This document shows, piece by piece, positions 25,352 through 37,518 of a DNA stretch of 64,000 nt (positions within the stretch are counted from its first letter, which is position 1; each line of letters begins with the position of its first letter). Source of the stretch: Puccinia triticina (taxonomy: Eukaryota). The stretch is taken from assembly GCA_026914245.1 (NCBI GenBank), contig CP110439.1:186001-250000 (forward strand), read 5' to 3'. A program made the position numbers and the translations under genes. The notes beneath the pieces are model-generated. The model made no database searches and was not told where the DNA came from. It was given only the letters and a program-made list of their open reading frames with translations.

Positions 25352-27192
25352 TGATGAATTTTCAGCTGAGGCTGGGGAAACACGAGGGAAAAAAAGGACT
25401 GAGGAGGAAAGCTCAAGGCCAGGAACAAAACAAGGAAGCCCAAGAAGGGTCTAAGCTGCTTTAGCTGTGAAGGGGAAAAAGGCCCCTCACTACAAGAGAC
25501 TCTCAGGTCTCAGGGAACAGGCGCAGGAACTGATGATGTTTCATTGTCAGGATGTGCACACTATATGAATATTACAACTAGGGGCCAGGTTGTGGGCAGA
25601 AGGTGGAACTGCATATTCATATGAAGGGAGAGAAGGGAGTGACATATGGGTGAAAGGGAGAGAAAACGGGAGAGAGAGATGTGGAGTTTCAACACCCCCC
25701 CCCCCCCCCAACTGATGAACCACAAAACCAAGACCTAAAGACCTTTGCCAATATTGAGTTTCTTGAATTCGGGGTTGTTGATCATTGCTTGGAAATTTCT
25801 CTTGGACTCAATTTCTTCATTGGTGAACGCATGATGATTGACTGAGGACGAGTTGTAGTGAGCTGAGGCAAGATGAGCTTGAGCAGGAACCTTGGACAAC
25901 AATTTGGCTGACGCTCCCGTGGACTTTGAAGCTGGGGGTCGCTGTTCCGGATGCTTTTCATAGCAGAGCAACTCACGGTGTCCGGCCTTGTCGCAATGAG
26001 AGCATATAGTGAAGCCCCTCTTGCAGTGGGGACACATATAGTACTTTTCATTGGTGGTGAGCAAGGCAACTTGAGATATTCCCAACAATTGATTGAGTTG
26101 GTTTTGAGCAACGTGCTTCTCGAGTTGTGTCAGAAGAAGAGGAACTGTGTCGTTTGGAAACCCTACGTTGAGAACATTGTGAAACGACTTGTACTCGGCC
26201 AACGGAAGCTTTCGTAGTATGAGGGCTGTTTTGCTCTGCTTGTCAAGGCCAACCTTGGCAGAGACCAATTGATGGTTTGCAGCTCAAATCTCGGCTATGA
26301 AGGTCGCTGGAGGAGATTAATACTCAATATCGAGAAAGGTGTTCAGCGCGAGATCCCTGGCAACATGATCATCTCCGCTATATTTCTGCTTGAGGATTGT
26401 CCAGACGGCATACCCGTTGAAAGAGTTCTGATCCGGGAGCATTTGAGAAACATATGTCAGATTGCTGTCATTGAGGTGCTCAACAATCTCGTGGTAGGCT
26501 AGCCGATTCAGCTTGATGTACACGTTCTTCTCATCCGTCTTGTCAGTTTCAGCTGGTGGTTTAACGGCCCCCTGAACGAGACCGAGCGCACCAATTCAGT
26601 CTAGTCTTGACTTCATGAGAAACAACCACGACTTGTAGTTGTGTTCGTCGAGGTACAAGGGAACCTTTCTGGAAGCCATTGCTGAGTTTCTGATCCAAAG
26701 GTGGGCTTGAGTACAAGAGGATGGCTTGGAGTGGAGAGAAGATGATGGGCTTGGAGTGGAGAGAAGATGATGGGATCCGATTGAAGTTGAGAGACCGATT
26801 GGACGAAGTTAAAGTTGATTTGATGTGCGGAACGCGAGACTGTTAATCGTGATGAATTTTCAGCTGAGGCTGGGGAAACACGAGGGAAAAAAAGGACTGA
26901 GGAGGAAAGCTCAAGGCCAGGAACAAAACAAGGAAGCCCAAGAAGGGGCTAAGCTGCTTTAGCTGTGAAGGGGAAAAAGGCCCCTCACTACAAGAGACTC
27001 TCAGGTCTCAGGGAACAGGCGCAAGAACTGATGATGTTTCATTGTCAGGATGTGCACACTATATGAATATTACAACTAGGGGCCAGGTTGTGGGCAGAAG
27101 GTGGAACTGCATATTCATATGAAGGGAGAGAAGGGAGTGACATATGGGCAAAAGGGAGAGAAAACGGGAGAGAGAGATGTGGAGTTTCAACA
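25352..27192 (-). mobile_element. Gag-only LTR retroelement (TR-GAG-like), 1.84 kb
   Basis: 343-bp LTRs at 25352-25694 and 26850-27192 (about 4 differences); TSD ATCAG; poly-G PPT; PBS-like sequence at 26835-26848; no pol. Confidence 0.9.
25735..26679 (-). pseudogene. Copia-type gag, single frame with 3 in-frame stops
   Basis: MASRKVPLYLDEHNYKSW...GYAVWTILKQKY...CSHCDKAGHRELLC (zinc knuckle). Confidence 0.8.
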
Positions 27193-28589
27193 ATCAGGCC
27201 TTCCGGTTGAAGTGGTGGGCGGGTCTGGGTTGAATTATCTGGGTACCCGCCCACTTTTTCCCAGAATCTCAGACATCCGCAACCGCACCCGCACCCGCTG
27301 GCGGGTACCTGCCGGCCGTGGCAGGTACCCGCCAGCGGATAGCAGGTACCCGCAACGGGTTTGCCAGGGCCATCTCTACCAACACATCAGCATCATCCCC
27401 CTCATCTTCCCAGAATAACAACAACAACGATAGCGTTCAAACAACTAGCAGAGACAACCTTGTCACTCCGGGTAGTAACCAGCAATGTAGCACATATACA
27501 TTTTTTTGAGAGCGGGTATCACGGGTATACCGCCTTGGGTACCGCGGGTACCCACCCAGGCGGTGCCAGGTGCCATCTTTTGGTCAAAAATTCACCCGGT
27601 ACCCAGACCCGCGACGGGTACCCGGTGTGGAACTACTCTTGGGATGAATAGAGCTTGAGAGGGATTTGGTGCTTGAAGGGCTGCCTCTCAGGGGAACAAG
27701 AAAAAGAATATAAGAGTATGGACTCTTATGGAAAGGGGTGGCAATGGAGATTTCTTGAGGTATGTCTGGGGGAATTTTCTCTAATCTAATAACTTTAATT
27801 CACAGGTAAAAAGTTTGTCCAATCTGATTTATTGGCATAAACTAGGCTAATGAAGGCTGACCAGTAATTTCTGTAATTTCTGATGGGGAGCAAATGAAGA
27901 GGAAAACAACCCAGTTTATATACACAGGAAAGAGGAGACATGAGGAAACAAGGATAACCTGGAGGGAAGCATAGAAGATTCTACTTCTATAGGATGAAAC
28001 AGCCATGTGGTCAGAGTAGTGGGTCAAGGAGTCACATGATGGTGTAATAGTGGGTGGGGATGATGCCATCTTCTGGGGGCTGCAGTGCAATCTTCCTAGC
28101 TGGAGGATGGGATATGTGAGACATAACAGGGGTAGAATATTCTATGAGCTAAGATAGGAGGAGTTAGGTGTTTGAGGAAGTGTTTCAGGGAGAAACAATC
28201 CAGGTGGGGTTTGGGGTATGTCTAGTATCATGTGTATCATGTTGGGTTTGGAGGGTGATGGGTTTCAAGGGTGCTTATACATCTTTGAGCACATGGTTCT
28301 AAGGAAAAACTAGAAGAAGGGGGTAACATGTGATCTGGGTAGATTTATGAGACTAGGGGGAGGGTTTATCCAAGAGAGGGGGAGTGTGGGAAGAGGGAAT
28401 ACTATTATACAGGGTATGACCATTGAGTGGGGATGTTGAGGGCCTTGGGCTTTGCTGACAAGGGGGCCAGAGGTTTGGGATTTAGTCTTGAGGTGTGACA
28501 GCCTTGTGATTGATGCTTGCTGGTTTTCTGGGTAGATCAGGATTGGCTTACCACACCGGGTCCCAAACGCCATCCTTATACAGGAGTGG

Positions 28590-28850
28590 TCAGAAGCTGA
28601 GCATTGGCTGGGCCAAGATTGATCCAAAGCTGAAAATCAGCTGAGCCAATACTGGTCCAAAGCTGAGGATTGGCTGGGCCAATGATAGTACTAATCTGAG
28701 TCTAAGCTGAGCCATGACTGGACTACAGCTGAGAATCAGCTGGGCCAGGACTGTTTCAAAGCTGAGCATGATCTGGACACCAAAGCTGAGCATGAGCTGG
28801 GCACCAAAGCTGAGCATGATCTGGGAGCCAAAGCTGAGCATCAGCTGACC
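28590..28850. repeat. Second block of the GCTGAGC tandem array
   Basis: CCAAAGCTGAGCATGA(T/G)CTGGG units of about 24 bp plus longer variants. Confidence 0.7.
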
Positions 28851-28939
28851 AGAAATAAGGATTAGTGGTGCCCAGCCAAAACTGATGATCTCCTATGGAA
28901 ATTCTGAAAGGTAAGTAGATGGGGGGGAGGGGGGGGGAT

Positions 28940-29047
28940 TGTGGTTAGATGGTGGGTAGATGGTGGGTAGATGGTGGGTAGATGGTGGTTAGATGCTGGG
29001 TAGATGGTGGGTAGATGGTGGTTAGATGGTGGGTAGATGGTGGGTAG
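28940..29047. repeat. 11-bp minisatellite (GATGGTGGGTA)n
   Basis: About 9-10 near-perfect copies. Confidence 0.9.
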
Positions 29048-29215
29048 CCCGCTGGAGCTGGCATGATCAAGTGACTTTTTTTTTCCTGGTGTCTGTGATC
29101 ATGTATTTTAGTTCACATGTTTAGTTGTTGCACCAAGTTTTCATTGGCTTGCAAGCCCAGTGACATTACCTAAAGCACCTTGGTAGCATTGTATATATTG
29201 GGATATCTCAACTTA

Positions 29216-29365
29216 GGCCCCATTTGGAGCCGATATAATCCAGGCAATATATGAGTTTTTTTGCCTGACATCCTATGTGACATCTGATCAGGTCCGCCAA
29301 AACTTGATCAGATGTCACAAAATTCCAGATTATATCACGCAATTATATCGGCTCCAAACAGGGCC
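29216..29365. mobile_element. Harbinger/Tourist-like MITE
   Basis: GGCCCCATTTGGAGCCGATATAAT...ATTATATCGGCTCCAAACAGGGCC; TTA TSD. Confidence 0.8.
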
Positions 29366-29610
29366 TTAATATGTTATATATGTAAGTCTTGTTCCCCTAC
29401 GAAGTCAAGTACAAATATCATATTTCCAGCGAGACAGCTAGTGAGAATTTGTCGATGAGGATGTTGCTACGGCCTTCAGATAGTGAGTAATCAAGTCTGT
29501 TGAAGAAGAGAAGTGCAAGGTTTATACACACTTTTTGTATCTATATCTTTATGTATGGATGAATTTACTGAAATTGGGGACGACAGGGATATTTGTAAGT
29601 CATGTTGATT

Positions 29611-31324
29611 TTATTTTCGTTTGACAGAAGTTTTGCCGATCTTGGCCGCGTTTCTTTTACGCTCGCGTTCGTTAAACTTCCGTTGTTCAGCAGGGGTCAT
29701 CTTCGCAAGTTTCTCGTCCTGCGAGACTTTCATTTTTTTCCGGCGCTCCTCCTCCTTCTCACGTTCTTTGTACTTTCTTTCTTCATCCAATAATAGGTTC
29801 GAAATCTCCGCTCTTTTTTTCGTAAGCTTGCTGGTAGCTATGGCCGTTGGGGAGACCACCTGGTCTAATGAGTCAATTAGATTGAAACAGAACTCGATCA
29901 AAGGTATTGGATCTAAAGTTTGCGGGTGGGGTGGTAGTCGGAGTCGGAGTGTGACCGTCCGCTTCGAAGGAACCGATGGCAGAGGGAGCTCTCTAAATAT
30001 ATCATTGAGGGTCAGAAACTTCATCTGGTTAAATTCTTTAGGCGCATCTTACTCACGATATCGATGGTTCTTGCTGCGAGGTGCCTGAAAGGACTAAACT
30101 GTCAAACCATTCCAAGCTCAATGGATTGTTTCGCAATAGCTGTAAAAGACCAAGCTCCTTGTTCCTAATTTCCGAATGCCTAAGATTAGCTGCTCAACGA
30201 TGTGAGGGTGTCAGATTGGGCGTATGACCAACTTTATAATTTGTTCGTTGATCTCCCCCGATTCAGACATGAACACGAGGTGTGATGGCAATTGACTAGA
30301 TTCCTTGACTTCGGTGAATGTCCGCTAGAAGAGTGTCAAAAGTATTTTGCCAAAGCTGATGAGTGGAATAGAAAAGATCGGAAGCGGGGTAGATCGAGAC
30401 TTACCACATCCCATCTATCCTCGCGAACCACATTCATGACGCGTTTCTCGACCAAGGCCCAGACAAAGGAATCCTTGGCTTCAAATGACATTTGCTGCTT
30501 TTTTGGAGTCAAGGACCAAACCAATTCGAGTCGATCACTCCGACCGGTCCAAGTAAAGTCGATCGCAGCACGTAGTTCCTCGTAAATCATGAATGGTAGA
30601 TCTTGACGTGGTCGAAGTGCAAAGCGTATTGTCAATGCTTGACAGCCCTTGCGTCCGGTGGCATAACCGTAGAACAATGCTGGGCCATCCGCTATGTAGC
30701 CTTTGGACGATCCGGTGCCAACTTGACTAAACTGCGTGCGAAGTAGTTCAGAATGGGAATGCCACCAGTGTGCGACAGTCTTCTCATTCTTGCGTTTGCC
30801 GTGGTAGCTTGTTATAGTGTAGACAATGAGAGCAACGAGCAAGAATCCTTCTAGTTTCAGTTGGGCTGGCCGAATGACAAATCTCTTGAATCGATACTCT
30901 TTGCCGGTGTAATTTTCTTGATTTGGCCGGGGTGCTGAATCAAAGGATTGGTAGCCAACGCCTGGTTGCTGTTTTGTCTGAGAAAACGGTGTTGGGGCAG
31001 TCGCAGGAGATGGATCGGCAGGCAAAGCTTCTATCTCAATCTCATCAGCTTGATCAAAAGTAGGTGGCTTTGGGGGAGTAGCCGGTTGTGGTTTAGGCAC
31101 GCCATCCTGGATACGCTGAGCTACATACTCATCACATCGCAAAAGAGGGGGTAAGCTCCTTCTTTCTCTGGTACTCGATAGAACAAAAAGGCATGATAAT
31201 TCATGGACAAACCAGACGAAGCCACGACCGAATTATTAGTATTTGTTGATGAGACGATCATCCAGAGTATCAGCCAGATATGAAACGGGGAAGGGAGTAG
31301 TTGCCATCGTAAATTGTTGAACAT
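29611..31324 (-). CDS. CCDC47: CCDC47/DUF1682-family ER membrane protein (PAT complex subunit), multi-exon; start approximate
   Basis: TM helix then GKRKNEK...LLRTQFSQVG, YGYATGRKGC, LRPRQD, and a basic coiled-coil C-terminus KLAKMTPAEQRKFNERERKR. Confidence 0.75.
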
Positions 31325-31939
31325 CTGTTGACCTTCTCGGCTTTCTGATCGATGAGTGGGTGACAACTGGGCTCACAGGAGGGTCTCACTTGGTCAGGAG
31401 TGGTGCAACCTTTCACAGACCGTGACACCTCACCCAGAAACAGGTCAACCGTCAAATAGCCCCCGACAAGCGCATCTGCTCAGCTTAAGGAAGTCCCTCT
31501 GCTGCGGGTGTGTGTCTTGCAAAGCAAGCCTCCGACAGCCCTCAGCAGGAGGGACTTGCGTGCTATCGCCCCTTTATTGGGGTGCCAAGAAGCTGAGTTT
31601 GGCTGGGTGGAATTTTTGAAGCTTTATATGTAATTCCTTGCTCCCTTGACATTCTTTGGAATAAAATAGCTTAGGTTGTAGGCCTGATTTTTCCAATCCA
31701 ACCTACATAATTTCAGGTGTTTGGCAAAAATCATGTCACCCGCAGAAATTCCACAAAAATCCCCAAACAGCTGGAATTACAAGCAGTGCTCAACTTGACC
31801 ACTGCACCTTGCAGCTTGTGTGCACAATTAGTGGTTGGTTTTTTGTGTAGCTTTCTCTCAGAGGATGCTACACATCAGCCCTACAAGACCACACTTGTTC
31901 ACCAGCTGTGAACATAACTGGAATCAAAGTGGCATTCTT

Positions 31940-32339
31940 CAACAATGGGAAGTTACTTACGTTACGTTATCCAGCGGGATTTTTGTAACGTAACTTCCCA
32001 CTGTTACCAGATAATGTGTTATTGTTATCTGGTGAAATGTTCCTGCGCTTGTTTAAATAACGTAACGGAGGGGACTTTCTGCCTTGATGCCGCAAAAAAT
32101 GGTGCCAATAACGCGCTAACCGCATTATCTGGCGTAAAGGCACCATAAAATGGGCAAAAAAAACCCGCGTTATCCGCACGTTATCCTCCTCAGATTGCGG
32201 GGGATAACGTAACGGGTCTAATAACACAGAAAAAAAAAAGTAACTAAAACAACGCTGCCGTTAGCACAACAATAACGGCACCAATTCAGTTACGTTATCC
32301 GTTACTTATTGTTACGGATAACGTAACCTCCCATTGTTG
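31940..32339. mobile_element. MITE with 7-bp TSD and CGTTA/TAACG motifs
   Basis: CAACAATGGGA...TCCCATTGTTG; CATTCTT on both flanks. Confidence 0.75.
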
Positions 32340-35300
32340 CATTCTTGCTGTGCCAATGTGGGGAGGTACAGTGTAAGTCCCTCCTGACACAGGCTTGCTT
32401 CACGAGTTCAGCCTACCCCCAGGGGCCTGAAGTCTCAAGGGACTTAGTTAAGTTTGGCATCTGCTGAACCGGGAAGCTGCAAGACAGCCAATCCAACCAA
32501 AAAAATTAATTTTATTGTTGAAGGAATGATTAATATATGTGTACATAAACAGGCTCAAACTGAGGGGAAGTGATCAGAAAATTGTGACCAAAAGATGGAG
32601 AAGCAGGTGCAAAACCTTCAAGCATGTTACAGTTTCCCATTGGCAAGGAGACAATTCCAAAAGCGAGCTCTCCGAGCCATCCTGGAAGAGTTTCCTGCAC
32701 AAGAATCTGGCAGTGGCAGTGGTTGGGAAGCCTCCACTTTGTGGACAGCTTCGCTGCTTGCTACCTCTCCTTGTTGTGGGGGATTAGCTAAGCTCAACCT
32801 ATCAATCAGATAATAATTGCTGATTGCAGCGTGATAACCATATTTTATAGTAGCAACCAACCTCTTGTATGGAACAAATCCGTGAAGATTTGATCTAATG
32901 ATTTTTTGAGCATTTTTGTTCAGTATATTGATAGTTTCTTTTGGTAAACCATATTCCTCTATTTTTAGAAACATTTGGTATTTTTTTGCAATTTCTTTCA
33001 AGTGTTTACTTTTCAGCCCTTCAAAAACACCAATGATAGTGTGTGCAAGAATTTGGGGACTGATTAGGTCAAGCTCCCACTCCCCTTTCCAGAAAAAATC
33101 ATGTAATCAACCAAAAGTCAATATTTGAATCTCAATGATAGAATTGTGCTTAGAAATATTTGCTTACCTTGTATTTGATTTAGGTGTTTCAGAAGCACTG
33201 CATACTCTTCCTCTTTAATTGAAATCCCATCATCATAAAGTGGAATTCCATTCTCATCTTCTAATCATTTTGTATTTGCATTACAGGATATATTATATGT
33301 ATGGGACAAAAGGTTGGATGTTTCTCCAGAAAGAAATCAGTTTAGGGCTTTTTGAATGTGATGTGAGAAAAGTTGTGCAAATTGAAACCACACCATACCT
33401 AATTTTATGATGCCAATCCAAAGTAATTGATCAATATGACGAAGGATTGTTATCCATTGGCGCTCTTTTTCTATAGTCTCTTTAGGTTGCCTTTCTGAAT
33501 TAGAATAGTATTCCCCTAGAAAAACCAGAATCCAAGTCAATACATACAGGTTAACATTTGAAATCAAAAATGGATATTTTGGTTTTTAAAGGCTATGTAC
33601 CTATCAGCCAGATCAACATTTTGTGTTCTGGTGATCCCTTTTGATAATTGGTGATCCTTTTGTCCTCTTTATGGCATTTTTTTGATCATTTTTTTCATTT
33701 ATGTTGAAGGAGGAACCAAAAGGATTAGTCAAAGTTTTTTTAAATTAAATGACAAGGAATGCATGATTTGATTCAATCAGACTCACTCAATTTTTTAATA
33801 GTTTTAGAAAGTGACTTTTCAGCTTTCTTACACTTTAAATGTGGTTTGATCCTTAATATGGAACTTTTTTCTTCAACAAAACCTGAATGCAACAAAAAAT
33901 TCCTCCAATAATCCAGAAATGGATGCTCTCATTGAAATTTGTACAAAAACTGGTTTCAAAGACTCTGTTTACCTATTGCATCTTGTAAAGTGTGAAAATT
34001 CTTCAGTTCCACTTCACTTGGAAGTCCTTCATCTCCTATTTTTACCAATTTCAGTTGATGGAGTTTCTATCTCTTTCCCAAGCCCATTTCAGCTTACCTT
34101 TATCATCTTTTTTAGGGTGATGATATGGTATTTCCTCTCTTCTTGGAGCTCCTTCATCTTCTACTCATGGTTTCCAGTGTTTTTTTTTTTTTTGTTGAAG
34201 ATCAATCAAGAAATGTCAGAGTCATTCATGGATGATGCCTGGATCAAAATCTGGTACATATTGGAAATGCTGACCCTTGGCTCTTGCACCTTTTTTGAAT
34301 CCCAAAAAAGAAAAATAACATCATCATCCATCAGCCAATAAAACTCAAAATATGACCTCTATCATTGGAACCAAAAAACAAGTAAAATTTAAATACATGT
34401 TTCTACTTCCTTTCCTTTGCCTTTGCCAATTTCTGTTCTGTTATTAATTTCTTTGGATTCACATATTTCCTTTCCTTTGAGATTAACTATTTCTTGTCCA
34501 GTTTGTTCATCAATGAACTTGATTATTTCATTTCCTTCTTCCTTATCACTGGAGAGATGTGGCTCATTTGACATTCTCTTCAAGAGAAATGTCCTTGTCA
34601 CCTCATCATCTGAAACAAGTTGAGGAAGGAGTTGAAAATTCTTGAAGTGTATACTGAAGTGATAATTGCTGATTGCCAATTGATAATTTGGTTTTATAGT
34701 TTCAGATAACCTCTGGTATGGAACAAATCCTTGAATCACTGGACCCATCATTTGGAGAGCATTCCTGTCAATTGAATCAAAAGCTGTCTCTGATATATTC
34801 TTGGTCTCCATTATAGCTGATCTGTAGGCATTGAGAATCTTGCTGAAGTTTTTACTTCAAAACCATTTGTAAACCTCAGTAATATGAAGTGCCATTGCTA
34901 ACCAATCATCACGTGGAAGATTCCAGTTTGGATCTTCCAATAAGATTTTCAAACCTGCATTATATTAAGCCAATCTTTGAATTACACTGACATTTTTTAC
35001 TCGTAGAAGTTTACATACTTTTGAAATCAATCATTTTTTTGATTGTAAGCAAGTATTTGTTGTCTTGATCTACTGTTGATCCCACACGTGGAGGATTTAA
35101 AATCTTCTGATCAGGATCTTGTCAGTTTTTGCATATGATTGAGTTATTTTATCTATTTTATTTGGGAGACAGATATTTTTAGAGAAAATGTTCAGCCTTG
35201 AGATATTACATCTGTTTATCACAGGGAAGGGATAAAAATTGAAACCACTCAAAACTTGATTCATGATCCAAAAGCATGATCAACCTGTCAATATGATCAA

Positions 35301-36471
35301 GTATACAGTTTTTTCTTGGCTTGTTTCTATGCTCTTCTTCTGAATAAAACTCATCTAGAAGAACATACTCATTGAGAAATCAATATTGACAGTGATTTAG
35401 AAGTTAATACTTGCACTAAAAAGTTGTGATCTATTTTTTAAAACATCTGCATACCTGTTAGCCATTCCAAAAGCTTGAAAGCTGATGGTAAACTTCTGGT
35501 GATAGTTTTACGTGGTTTAACTGATTTAATTGGTAAAATTAATTCCCATCAGAAGTTGTAGATAAAACAGATTTGTGCCTCATTTGTTTATCAAGGGCCA
35601 ACATGATTAAAAAAACCCACATGTTGGGTCACTGAGAGCCATGTGAAGTGTTTTTTCAACTTTATCAGACTTTTGATATGGTTTAATTTTTGAAGAAACT
35701 TTTTCTTCAATAAACCATGTATCACACAAAACGAATGCAGTGAGCCACATGTGAAAGTTTGCATTTCAAATCAAAAGAAAGATGATGCTTTTGAATGGAG
35801 CTCTAACCTATTTTTTGACATAATTCTTGTTGGAATTCAACTCACCCTCATAAGAGGAGTACCCCTGGTGAGTAGTACTCTAGTACACTCACCAAAGAGT
35901 TCATAATGAATATTAATATTCATTATCCTCTGCAAATCTGTGACAGATCCCCTGCACAACCCAGATCGCAAGAAGCCTCGCGCTATTGCACCAAGCAGTG
36001 ACAACAGCAACGTCACCGCTCAAAACTTAGTCGATTTGCTATCGACAAGCTCCTCGTGAGTTGCAGACTTCACAAACTCAGTCGAATGAAAAGCTAATCA
36101 TCTTTTCATTCTTCTTTAGATCAACCAATCCCGAAGTCCAAACCAAAACAAAAGATCGAAGCAGTCAAACGTTCACGAAGACATCATACACGAGTCTCGC
36201 GGACCGTATTAGCTCGTCGATCATCAACAAAGATTAAATAAAGACTAGATCGTTACAAATATTGCTTTTAACCAGATACATCTCAGTCTTGTTCAGTTGC
36301 TAGTCACTCGACTAAGTTACGGACACAGACAAGCATCTTTGAGCAGATTAAGCATCTGCCTTCAGGTAAACACCTTTGTTATTTTAATAGAACATTACTA
36401 TTATATCTTTGTATTTCTTTATCAGTCATACTTATAAAAGAAATACATCTTCAGCTTTTACAATTCTCTCA

Positions 36472-36485
36472 GATTTACAGTCTCG
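36472..36485 (+). promoter_or_regulatory. Primer-binding site of the outer Copia, apparently complementary to the tRNA-Tyr anticodon arm
   Basis: GATTTACAGTCTCG directly follows the LTR-terminal CA. Confidence 0.7.
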
Positions 36486-37476
36486 AGGCTCACTCCACGA
36501 TCTCGAGTAATTGCGAAGGCAGAGCTAATCTAAAAAACTATCGATCATGGAGGCTTTCAATCGAAAGGACGCCATGGACGATAAAGGTCTAAACAACATT
36601 CCAGTCTTGAAAGGCGACAACTACACCTTATGGCGAAATAAGTTGAAATTCTTTTTGAACGCTCGTCAACTCTGGGACGTTTGCGTTCAATTCCAACCAC
36701 CGCCTCTGACCGAAATCACAAAAATAAAGCACGCTTGTGCTCTTTCTCATCTATCCGTCACAATTGATAATAGCATTTTCAATGCTACCTTTGCGAACGA
36801 CGAAGACATCACCCCTTATCAAGTCTGGACTCTTCTCAAAAATAAATACGCAGCTCAGTCGATATTCTCTTTATGTCGTGTATGGGAGGACTGGGATGCA
36901 ATCTACTACGACACGACTCTCATGCAGTACATCGACAAAGTCCACGAATGTCTTACTGAATTTAAAACGCTCGGAATCGACACTTCTCATTGTCAGAATA
37001 TCAGGAAAGAACTCGCGCTCTCCGCTGTGCGCTCTCCTCCGCGCATCTGCGCAGCCAGCCACGAATCAAAGTTCGCCTCCGGTCACACGCCTTTGTCCTC
37101 CTCATCCCGCTCGGAACCAACAAGTACCCGAACACACTCAGCAAACAACAGAACGATCAATCAATATTCAATCTCTGTAGTCGCTGTCGCGGGATCACCA
37201 GTTTCAGGAATCAAGAGTAGTGGTGACTACCCCTCTCCTCTCCTCCTCCTCGTGCTCAGTTCCTTTTTCATCTCCTCGTGTTCTATCTACTGACTGTCTT
37301 ATCTCTTTAGTCTCTTGTTCCAGTTGTTTTTGTTTCTCTGTTTTCTTCTTGTCATTGCTGTTGTCTACGTTGCTCTATCCGATCCTCTAGGTACATTTCT
37401 TCTTTCCTCTGTTTTCCTTTTGTTTCCTTTTTCTCTTGCTGAAATGTACACTCTAGTTTCGCCTCAAATTCTCGCA

Positions 37477-37490
37477 GATTTACAGTCTCG
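37477..37490 (+). promoter_or_regulatory. Primer-binding site of inner Copia 1 (tRNA-Tyr anticodon-arm type)
   Basis: GATTTACAGTCTCG directly follows the LTR-terminal CA. Confidence 0.7.
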
Positions 37491-37518
37491 ACAGCACCGA
37501 AACACCTAGAGGATCGTG

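Larger units (their letters stand above)
23510..27378. mobile_element. Non-autonomous hAT-type element carrying nested LTR insertions
   Basis: TIR TAGAGATGGC...GCCATCTCTA; 8-bp TSD CCAACACA; subterminal GGGTACCCG repeats; internal GCGACCAGGAGG tandem repeats. Confidence 0.8.

Noticed and set aside
23226..27640. Outer GGGTACCC-rich element enclosing the hAT element
   Set aside because: Probably real, but its TIRs are too degenerate and no TSD was found, so it is not listed as a feature.
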